A DNA stretch of 64,000 nucleotides from Phoronis australis. Its lineage: Eukaryota > Animalia > Phoronida. The notes under the pieces were generated by a model. That model was not told where the DNA came from, ran no database searches, and saw only the letters and a list, made by a program, of their open reading frames with translations. Within the stretch, counting starts at the first letter, position 1. Each line of letters opens with the position of its first letter. Shown here one piece after another: positions 54,290-64,000 of the stretch. The DNA lies in contig NMRA01000122.1 in assembly GCA_002633005.1 (NCBI GenBank), forward strand, positions 353,372-417,371, in the 5' to 3' direction. The translations under genes and the position numbers were made by a program.

Positions 54290-54830
54290 GTGATAAATTA
54301 TTATCAATGATTACCGTTAAATATTTATAAAAGACGCTTTGTCTAATGAAAGACGATCCAGTACGAAGAAAGCGTCCGGATAATGACAGTAAGTAAACCA
54401 AATCGCGAAAGCTGTGTGCGTCATCGTGCATATGATCGTGATGTGCGCGTGCGTGGAAATGCGGTGTATCGATACCGCCAGTCAAATTTGTACGCGCTCT
54501 CTGAATAATTCATGCGCCCTCTTCGATGAGAACCTATCCACATGAGTATTTACTCTGCAACGCCAATCGCTAATGTTTCTCTTGCATTTTCAGTGGGGAA
54601 AACTCACGATCGATGGCGGCGATGTAGCCTATTCTACATGTTAAGTGTATCCTGAAGATAATCTGTTCAGATCATTGCCCAGTGACTTTTTAATCACGAT
54701 CGATGTCTAATGGCGACCACCGTTAACATATTTATCAAGAAAAATAAACCCACAACCAAGAACAGTGTGAGAACCTCGCTGACCGCACGGATTTCTAATG
54801 TTTGACGTGTCTGAAGACGCCCATTAATGA
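54290..54830 (-). promoter_or_regulatory. Probable promoter region of the kinase gene
   Basis: CpG-rich stretch immediately upstream of exon 1. It has TATAAAT on the minus strand at about 54322-54328 and a short near-palindrome gcggtgtatcgataccgc near 54461-54478. The transcription start is inferred, not seen, and a further upstream non-coding exon cannot be excluded. Confidence 0.45.
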
Positions 54831-55201
54831 AGTTATGACAAGTAATTTATTTTATCGAAGCAACTGTAATAGTCTTCAATTGTTTTAACTTATTTAAAAT
54901 TCCAGTCTTTCAAACTCCTTGAATGAGGGTTTTGTTCAACATTGCATGAACTTGAAATGAGCCTTTCAAGACCGGAGTAAATTATCCACGCGGTTGTCAA
55001 GATAACCTCTAGCTTTTGAAATGAGTTACCAGATTTACAGACGAATGCTAATGTTCGGTAAAGTCGTAATGTATTTCAGATCTAAATTAGGTTGGAGTAA
55101 AGCCGATGGATGTCATTTTCTAATCCTAAATTGAGTCAAACTGAAATATCGCTAGAAAGACTTGGTCGTCCATTAAGGTGGTTCGGGGCAGAGGACAACC
55201 T

Positions 55202-55239
55202 CCCCACCCCACCCCCCACCCCCCCACCCCTTCCCCTCC
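55202..55239 (-). other. G-quadruplex-forming sequence upstream of the kinase gene
   Basis: The minus strand has five runs of 4-7 G separated by single T. Confidence 0.6.
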
Positions 55240-55294
55240 AGTCGCAAACAAAAAAATGAACATGAATATTGATTTTCTTTTCGGTTATAATTAA

Positions 55295-55643
55295 AAGGAT
55301 ACCAAACCCGGTTTTGACTTACTAACAGATACTAAAAACGACTTTCTCACTGATCTAGTTCTCTCAAATAAGGCTCTGCAACCCTCCATACCTTCAAAAG
55401 ATGTAGGAAAATTTGAAAAGTCCTTTCAAAGTCTGCTAAAGGGGCAAGCGTGACCTACGCTTTTAGCGAATTGCACGGCAACTGTGGGGAAAAGACCACC
55501 CATCAAGGACCATAATGTCCAATCTGTGATAGGGAGCACGAGTTTTTAGTTAATTCCTGCCTTTAACTTGGAAGATTGACACCAATGATGTGTGAGCAGG
55601 TGACAGAACGAAGGTTGGTGAAAAGGCCGGGTTTAGTATCCTT
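55295..55643 (+). mobile_element. Kolobok-like non-autonomous DNA transposon (copy 1)
   Basis: TTAA|AAGGATACCAAACCCGG ... CCGGGTTTAGTATCCTT|TTAA. A TTAA duplication with purine-purine 5' ends fits Kolobok rather than piggyBac (CC ends). Colinear with 61440-61763. Confidence 0.88.
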
Positions 55644-56539
55644 TTAAGTAATGCGTAAATTACAGTTGCACACAGTTTGACAAGAAAACAGACCTCTTTT
55701 GACCAGCGGATTCAAATGAAGGATTTGTGGCTTGGGAATGGAAGCCGAGTCCCTTAATTATACTCGTGATCCGCCTATCATGAGCTCGACGTTTCCGAAA
55801 TTTCTTTGAACTGGCAGGTCCTCAATGGTTTCTTTCTATGGTCATCAGTAATCGCGTTAGTGACCAATGCCGTGCGATTGTGTCATTATTCATTGAGTGT
55901 TGATGGCTTAAAAATTACGATGACGTCAAACTCGTTAAGCTCATACCCGGTGAGAAAGTCATGAGTGGCCCGAGGCATTTTGCCCGAGGGCCATGTCACA
56001 GTTCATTCATATTCACTGATGCGTTTATTTAAACATTTGCATATTTTGTTTGAAGATCTGTACATTTGGGTCACGCGCTTCGATTAAAACATCAGGTCAT
56101 ATCAAGTTTGAGGGTTTGCCCGGAAGCCTCTTGGCAATGATAGCGTTACAACTTAAAGTTTAAGCTGCCAACTGACCCCCATTTCACCTCTAATACAGCG
56201 TCCGAATGGGTTTCCGAGACTGAAGCGGGCTGAAAGGACGCTTTTTATTTTTTCACTAAGTTCGGTTACGTCAGATCGTTATTCGATAATTAGGCTTGGC
56301 ACGTATGCATAACCGCCATCTATAAGTGATGGTAGTGACAGGGCAGACCCTAACGTTTCGGGGGCCATATTTTGGGGAGCCAATTCGGCGACAACTGAAC
56401 TCAGTGACCACCAACATACCATTCAATGTTTAAAAGTGGCACGAGATTGCTCTCTTTTCGAAAACCGTCAACTCCCAACCGAAATAAACCACGTTTACGA
56501 TTTGTGAATGGAGTATACGACGGCAAAATTTACCGATAA

Positions 56540-56850
56540 CCATTCGAACCTCGAGTATCTTCGTACCCTCAAATAGGCTACCGTCCGAAACACCTCGGGT
56601 ATCGAAGTATTTTATATCTGCGCATGTGCGAATTTCAATCAGACGGCAGCAAGTCATATGACTCAAAAAATGGAGAATGTCGCCAATGCTCGAGGTGTTT
56701 CGGAATAAGGCACATGGCCAATCATTCTCCAGTTTGAAAGTCGCATGACTTGTCACCCTCAGATAACGTTCATCCTCCAAGAGGGAAATTTGAGGGTTCA
56801 AAAATACCCGAGGTGTTCCGGATGCTCAAACACTCAAGATGTGTTCCGGG
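56540..56850. mobile_element. Decayed inverted-repeat element with repeated CCTCGRGTAT motifs
   Basis: tccgaaacacctcgggtat (about 56584) versus atacccgaggtgttccgga (about 56804). Further ctcgag / gaggtgttt copies occur inside. Confidence 0.55.
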
Positions 56851-57535
56851 TGGAGTAAAGTAATTAAAAACCTTGACATGTTGCAGAATTGAAATGTGGC
56901 CTCCCATTGACTTAATGAAACGGACAGGTGGCCGTAAATGTGGACAGGTTTGAACATCGTTTGAGGCTCCGGCTTTGAGTATTCTCTTTCAAAGTTTGCA
57001 TTTTAGGTAGTAAGCAAAAATCCCATGATCTTTTATCAATAATGAGAATTGTTTAAGACCACTTTCAGCGCATCAAATTGGCATAAATTTTTCCTAAACA
57101 TTTCAAACGTATTCTCTTCATGAATTGATTCTTTATTTGCAATTGGTCTGCTATTTTAATACATGGTGTTGCATTCTGCAGCCGTGAACGAGTTTGTGAT
57201 GCGGTGAACGAAGTTTTGTGAGGTGAGGAATACAATAACGTTCGAGGCAGCCGTGTTGTTTCCACCCCTTGCATGTGCAAACTCAGAAAAGTTGCCAAAG
57301 ATCGAAATGTGCGGTGTCTGGAAGTTGGACAATACGTCATTGTGCATTTTTTACTTTCACAGAGGTCAATAAGTTTGTTTCCAGACCCGAGAAATGTGAT
57401 AATGACAGGGGTGAAGTTGACCCAGCGTGAAAGTCAATAACTCTTAATCTGCAGGTACAAGCACAGAGTACTGTTGTTCGGCAGTTTTTTGTTTTATCCT
57501 TGTTTCTGACCTTTTTAGACATTGATAACTATTAC

Positions 57536-57725
57536 TAAAAACAACGAGATTTTTCAACTTCGACGATGTCTCAATCATCATCATGAGGACAAGCAATCAA
57601 GGCCATCTATGTGGGTCAAGGCCATCTATGTGGGTCAAGGTCGTTAGATGGCCTTGATTGCTTGTCCTGACGATGATGTTTGAGACATCGAACCATGTTA
57701 AAGTTGAAAAATCTCGTTGTTTTTA
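57536..57725. mobile_element. Foldback (hairpin) MITE, 190 bp
   Basis: Perfect 25-bp outer arms (57536-57560 / 57701-57725) and perfect 24-bp inner arms (57586-57609 / 57645-57668), with an imperfect middle and a 35-nt loop. Confidence 0.88.
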
Positions 57726-57799
57726 TAATATTGTCACGTACTTGTCTATCTTAATAACTTCTAAATTGTTGGAGACACACATGAGTATGTAAAATGTGA

Positions 57800-58760
57800 A
57801 ATATTGTATTGCGGTCTTTTTTACCAAAATGCACTTGGAAAGGTTAACTGGTACAAAGGTCGTATAATTTTGAAAATGTTGTTTCAACTTCGATGCAACC
57901 ATGTCAGTTAAAAAGTACTTTTTTAATGATTCAATCATCCAATCAGATTTATAGGCCAAAGGTCACTGAGTGCAAACATAAATTCTGAGCTTCAGACTTC
58001 TAAACTCTCGTGATTAGCACATGTAAAATGGTTTTAATCCTAATTTGATGCCTTTGCTTCTTGAGTCACTAGCAGCATTTGTCTTTTGGAATGCCGACCT
58101 TTTCTTAAACGCCTGGCGACCAGTGACTCAAATCATACGGAAGAAAGTAAAATTTGAAATATCTGTTATATTTTTATGCTCCTAAATTCACCAAAAGAGG
58201 TCAATTAGTACAAAGGTAATCTAATTTTGAAAATATTGCTTCTCTTACAGTTTTAAAGTTATATTTTCAACTTTAATACAGAGGTTCAAATTCACATGCT
58301 TTTTTGTGCGACACAATCAGGTTGTAAAGGTCAATGGCATTGAGTGCAAACATAAATTTTGATCAAAAAACTTCAAATTTATGTATGTGATAAGAAGTGG
58401 TAAATAAGTTTCGACTCCAACAAACTTCGATGTCATTTGGTGCACTTATCGGGTCATTAGGTGCATTTGCCTTCTGGACTTTCGACTTTTTCACTCAACC
58501 TGTATTTTCTTGTGTCAACGATTGTATGTCTGTGACACTCAGCATAATCGGTAGTTTTTACTTAATTCACTACTGTTATGACTCAATACGACGCGTAAAG
58601 GTCATTTAATTTTCAAAATAACATTTCTCTTGCAGTTCTAAACTAAAGACATACTTTTTAACTTCGATGCATAGGTGTCAGGCAAAGACTTTAATTTACT
58701 TTTCTAAGCGACCCAATCAGATGTTATAGGTCAAAGGTAATTTCTCCAGAACTTTGATGA
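57800..58760. repeat. Diverged tandem array of about 2.5 units of 374-400 bp
   Basis: caatcag anchors at 57940, 58314 and 58714; gagtgcaaacataaatt at 57968 and 58342; aaagg...taatttt.aaaat blocks three times. Confidence 0.75.
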
Positions 58761-59515
58761 AAATTTAAAAAAAAACTTTTGGAACAAGCGATTATATTAC
58801 AAAAAAACTTCCATTTGATTCAACTTCAGACGGCAGCGGTTTCTAAACCGGGACTAGTCCTGATGTCAATCTCTTTAGTCCGGCATCACGACTCGCAGGT
58901 AATTATGTACTATGTACTGTTCAAAGAATTATTTAAGTCATTCATCAACGGGTATCAGGGAACCGAAACCTAGTGCATCTATTAAGTTTTGGCTATTTTT
59001 TCGGAAATTATTGTGGAAAAATGACCTAACTTAACTTTTTACGAGGAATTCAGAAGCCGAATAATTCGAAAAATACCCAGTTTTAGTCCACGATATATCA
59101 ATTTATTTTAGCCAATGTTTTATTGCCGTGAAGCCATCGCTAATACCGCATTGCTTTAATCCCCACGATATGACCTTAATCAAATTCCGTAATAACAAGA
59201 CCTCTTGACAAAAAAGGAAATTGCACAAATCTCTCTTGACGAAGTGTATAATTTCCCGTGAAATAAGTCGCGTTTCTAGTGATATTTTAGGAACAATATC
59301 ATGGTTGCACTGATACAACGGTCATTTTTATGCAACACGATCGAAAAACGCCATTTAGTTATATTAATACCACGACAAGCTGCAATACAATACAATACAA
59401 TGCATTGCAATACAATACGAGTTCAAAGGATAATACCAAGTGTAGAAAATAAAAGATATTGTTAATAGACTAATTGAAGGCAACGCTTTTTTAGGGGAAA
59501 AGCATCCATGAATGA

Positions 59516-59861
59516 CAAGGGGATCAACAATTGGTCGGATTTCAAATCCACTTGCCCGAATTTCAAAATCGCTTGCCCGGAGTTGGTGGTCGTACCTCAA
59601 AATGCGATATATATCCGGTACCTCAAAACCAGATGGCCGCACCCAAAAAACTGGTTGACCGGACTTAAAACAGGGTTGGCCGGTGCTCAAACGGACAACT
59701 GGTTATAGCGCCGGCCATCGTGTTAGGGTGAGGCCATCTTGTTTTGAAGTACTGACAGCACGTTTGATCACTGGTCATTTGGTCTCGCAGCCCAGTCGAC
59801 CGGTTTTGAAGTCCGGGCAAGTGGTTTTGAAGTCCTACCAATTGTTGACCCCCCCCCCTTG
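59516..59861. mobile_element. MITE with long (about 55 bp) imperfect TIRs, CAAGGGG..CCCCTTG ends
   Basis: tcaacaattggtcggatttcaaatccacttgcccgaatttcaaaa versus ttttgaagtccgggcaagtggttttgaagtcctaccaattgttga. Both ends are flanked by AATGA. Confidence 0.88.
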
Positions 59862-61439
59862 AATGAATAGAGGAAACCAGTCGTTTCATAGTAGTCACTG
59901 CACGTTCCAAAACTTTGGAATTATTCAGCTCCCGTTTAGGGACTTCGATAGGAACACCGTGGGCTTACACTTACACGTTGTTTGTAAACTATAGGTTTCC
60001 CCCTGTATGACTGAGTAAAATCATCACTGACGAACCACCAGAAGAGAGTGAATGTTACTAACGAAACACATGATTTCGACAAAGACTACTATGAGTTTAC
60101 TCATAAGCGGTTCCTGCAGGAAGAGCTGCCCGGGCAAACGCCGACGACACTTGCTATTTTTAGCGGTTACGCGACCATTTTTCTTCGAACGTTTTGGTTC
60201 GGGCCCCATGTGAAATCCTAAGTTGCCAGTGGTCAGCTTTACAACTCGAACTGTTAGGTTTTAGTATTTATTCAATCTTTTCATGAAATGGTTTCCAACA
60301 TAGACATAACCTATTATAGAAGTCCTTGGCTTGAGTCAGTCCGCTGACATTATTTCCACAGTCTTTGTAATTGTTGTAGCCGCGAAGTCTGATTGAAAAA
60401 AAATCAAGAAAAATAAATGTCTTGTATCCGAAAAAAGAGAGTATGATCTTGGAGAATATAAAACCACGGCAACGGCATTATATCCAAAAACGTATTTTTA
60501 ATGATTCCTGGAGACGTGGGCTCGTACCGTAAAGCTTCTATTAGAAGCCCGTCCCCAACACTGGCCGGGTCTGCCATTTTGTTTGCAACGAAACAAAGTA
60601 ACTAGCAAAAGTGGAGCAGATAGCTTGTGATATTTTATTGGCAATTATGTAGTTATACTTGAGATGCTGTAATAACGTGAGGAGAGGCAAATGGGATTTT
60701 TCTTGTTGTTTTCATAGTTTTGGCCTAGAAATTAATAAACGTGGAGTCTCTACTAAACACCGTGTGGGGCACACTTTGAAATCAATAAACCGGACTACTG
60801 TTAGAAATTTTACAGTATATGGAAGTTTACGGTATTGTCTTCAAATGGTACGATTAGATACTTTGTAACGTTTTACCAATGGGTCACGCGCGAGCAGACG
60901 TTCAGTTGAGATAAGATCGTACTAAAAATCCCTCGACGTTGGTTGTAGGACCAACTCGTTTGAATTTCACGTGTTGTATCGGCTTATGAATTTCAATGAT
61001 GGATCTCAGCTACGTTCAACAGTTATTTGAAGTTACTGTTGGTTTTTACGTCTGGCCGACATAGCGTGTACACAACGGTGTTTGCAACTTGACCGAGAAG
61101 AAAGTGTAGTAAAGATCATTTGTAAAGTGAATAACTACGTAAAAGGAGATTGAAAATACGTTGAGGATCACATTGCTTTTAACTAGCAGAAGCTTCAGGA
61201 ATCTGGTTGTTTTGTTTCCTTCACAAACATTGGCTTGAGTGAAGAAAACATGATCAATTATCTAGTCAAATCAAAGTCGCTAATGGTTTTTTATCAAAGT
61301 GACTTAAAATATGTACACAGGCGGTTTCGATGACAGCCGATCAGGAAGCTTTTCCTGTTCTGTGATTGCCTATTCAAGAAAAAAGCGAGAAATTTTATGG
61401 GAGGCGTAGCCATTTTGCCACTAACAAGTTGTTTCTTAA

Positions 61440-61763
61440 AAGGATACCAAACCCGGTTTTGGCCTATTGGCAGATACGAAAAACGACTTTCCCATCCAAT
61501 TCTCTGAAACAAAATAATGCTCTGTAATCTGTGACAACCATCAAGAAAAGTTTGTAGGAAATTTTGAAAACTCCTTTCAAAGTCTGCTAAATGGACAAGC
61601 GTGACCAACTCTTTTAGCGAATTATACGGAAACTCTGGAAAAGACCACCCACGAAGAACCATAATATCTAATTTGAGAGATAGGGGGATAAGTTTTTAGT
61701 TTGTCCCTGTCTTTAACTTGCAAAATGGACACCAATTATGTATTAGCAGGGTTTGGAATCCTT
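61440..61763 (+). mobile_element. Kolobok-like non-autonomous DNA transposon (copy 2)
   Basis: TTAA|AAGGATACCAAACCCGG ... AGGGTTTGGAATCCTT|TTAA. Shares tcctttcaaagtctgctaaa, cttttagcgaatt and aaaagaccacc with copy 1. Confidence 0.88.
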
Positions 61764-62384
61764 TTAAGGAAGATTTGCTGTAAAATACACAAGGGGCGTC
61801 GGCCGAGCATGCACACTCAACTGTTAATGGCGGCCGTGACAAAAGATTTGAGATTTATAGTAGATTTAAGGAAATTTCCCTTTACTGGTTTTATTGGGTA
61901 TTGCCATTAGAAAAATTCTTAAAGATGATACAAAATAGTTATGATACTTACTAAAATGAATTGTGATACAGCATAATAACTTATTTTTGCAACACGGTCT
62001 TTTTAATTTCGTGTTGATATTCGTTTGCTGGGCAACACATTTATAATCTCACTGTCTACGTATATGGCGCCAGTTCGTAGTAAATCGCGCTGATGCGTGA
62101 CCTATCTAGATAGTCAACTCATGTGTCTTTCCAAATAAGGAACTCGGTAGTAAAGTCCGGAACTAATTGTAGCCTATTTTCGAGTTGCAAGAAGCTGACT
62201 GGGCGCTGCAAGCTGGAACGAGGCTAGGAAACTTCCTGTCATGCCATGGGCAGAGCTGCTATCATGTGTACTAAAATACCAAAGAACGAACTCCAAAATT
62301 GTGAGAATTTAACAGGGCCGAACCCGTTTACCTAATAGACTGTATATTATTTCTGTTGAAGTCTCTGTTATTGCTCAACATCTG

Positions 62385-62796
62385 GGCCCGGAGTCAGTCT
62401 AATCTTCGTGAACGAACTCAAAATTATTTTTAGACATTTTCCATTCACTTGTTCTTTGCGAATTCAAGATAAGTGTCTTTTATTCTGTGCTCGAGCAGAC
62501 CATGGTTTATGTGTATGATTGTCTAATCTTACCCTGCACTTGGTGGCCCCAGGATTAACGCTATAAGCTCAAGACTGAACTCGGAAGTTTCCACTTTTTA
62601 CTCGAACTCTCCGAGTTTTTACCCGAGTTTGTAGCTCAAATCTAGATGTCGCCAAGTGCGAACTTGGACTATGATTCGTATCAGCATAAATCATAACTTA
62701 CTCGAGTACAGAATAATAGACACTTATGAATTCATACAAAAATAGAGCATGAAATGACAAAAATTATTTCGATTTCCTGTGCAAAGACTCGGGGCC
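62385..62796. mobile_element. About 410-bp imperfect palindrome (old foldback element)
   Basis: Nested inverted pairs: ggcccggagtc / gactcggggcc; gaattc..ataagtgtctt..attctgt.ctcgag / ctcgagtacagaat..aagacacttatgaattc; gcacttgg / ccaagtgc; aactcgga / tccgagtt. Confidence 0.8.
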
Positions 62797-63973
62797 GTGG
62801 TATTGACGTATTCAATGTAATGTGCATTGTCTGAAAAAGTCCTGCGGCGCCCCCTCTCGATCTCTGAACGGACGTGATGGATTGTTAATCCATCCCGGGT
62901 CCGTTTTCACACCTGCTTGACATCATGCTCCCAGGGGTGGGGGTGTTACTGCTACTGCCACGAAAGTTGCAGGTTACGTAATTGTTGCTGGTGTGACAAA
63001 CATGCGTGTGTAGGTTGACAGACTTGAGGAAAAGAACGGTATTTCAGTCATTAGGCCAATGTTGACCGCAGGCTGGTCCCTTCTATAGTCTCATAATGAT
63101 GTGGTTTATCTTGGAGTACATACAGTATAGCAGTGTCACGGCAGTTGTATCAGACGGTGTCGACCAAAAGACATTCTATTCTTTCGAGACGAGACTGTTG
63201 CTTTCTTGTAAACAGCCCACGAGGGACTAAATACCAACCATTCCAAGTTGCTATATTTATTTTCCTTGAAAAATATTTAGTTTACAAGAGTCATTATCGG
63301 CGGTTGGTCATAATACAACCTATTATGAAAATAACAATACAAAAGTATTCAGTTTTTGTAAGCCGTCTAATCAAAGAGTACAGCAGTCGTTTCTATTCAC
63401 GGAAGGTAAATAAAAACACAGTGCTTGCAGCAAAGACCAGCGGCTAATTCAAAGGCTATGTATTACGAGTTTCCTCCATCAACAAAAATAGTCATCACGG
63501 AGATTAGTGGCTGTGGTTTTTAATGACGTCCACGTTGTATATACATGTGTAGCCTAAAATCCATAGCCTGGCAGGTAATTCACTTGTCTATCACGGCGGA
63601 ACTTTAATGTTTATCTGTCCTAGTAAAGTGTTATCGGAAAGGCTTAGTGTTGGCAACATTTTTCTTGCACTCACTGCACGCGACAACTTGTGATGTGGTA
63701 ACAGTTGTTTCTCGCCCGTGTTTCCAGGAACGTTCGGGTCATTTAATGCTACGCGAGTGTCATGACTCCACTAGCGAGAAACAAAATAACATATTAGTTG
63801 AAACTTGACATTGTTAACATTTAATTTTATTACCTATTATTAAATCTGCCACTATTATGTTATTAAAATGTTCTTTACAAACTGGCCGAATTGTTCTGGT
63901 GTTCTGAGTTCCGAAGAACAAGGCACATAAAGAGAAATCCTAGAAAGCGGATCAGTTTTACAGTTTTTAGTGC

Positions 63974-64000
63974 ATAGGCGGATTTAGGGGGGGGGGGGCC
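63974..64000 (+). mobile_element. Probable left end of a MITE cut off by the window edge
   Basis: cataggcggatttaggggggg.. resembles the terminus of a common animal GGCGGAT(T/C)(T/C)AG-type MITE. The partner end is not visible. Confidence 0.35.

Noticed and set aside
60015-60221. Stop-free plus-strand frame (..THDFDKDYYEFTHKRFLQEELPG..)
   Set aside because: No ATG, no convincing acceptor and no recognisable family.
63120-63280. Minus-strand INIATWN motif resembling the start of a LINE APE endonuclease
   Set aside because: The downstream APE motifs (QET, GDFN, SDH) are not found in frame or nearby, and a single 7-residue match is insufficient.

Overview
Eukaryotic, AT-rich (roughly 38% GC by eye) animal genomic DNA, most likely from an invertebrate; the species cannot be named from sequence alone. 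The only protein-coding signal I can support is the 5' part of one minus-strand, long-intron gene for an AMPK-related (CAMK group) Ser/Thr kinase resembling HUNK/MARK. It has three GT-AG exons (54113-54003, 46700-46572, 21617-21451) that splice in frame from the start Met through the G-loop, the VAVK lysine, the alphaC Glu and the HR of HRD. Its introns are 7.3 kb, 25 kb and more than 21 kb, and the DLK/DFG exons appear to lie left of the window. None of these exons is in the supplied ORF track, whose ORFs look like chance ORFs or repeat translations. The rest of the window is intron and upstream sequence full of non-autonomous DNA-transposon relics (Kolobok-like, Harbinger-like, CA..TG-ended and foldback elements), minisatellites and microsatellites. 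I found no convincing new biological system. The best leads are an out-of-frame uORF overlapping the kinase start, a candidate 6-nt in-frame microexon, a CpG-density step at the gene's 5' end, MITEs with unusual target-site duplication lengths, and a hairpin with two possible pairing registers.
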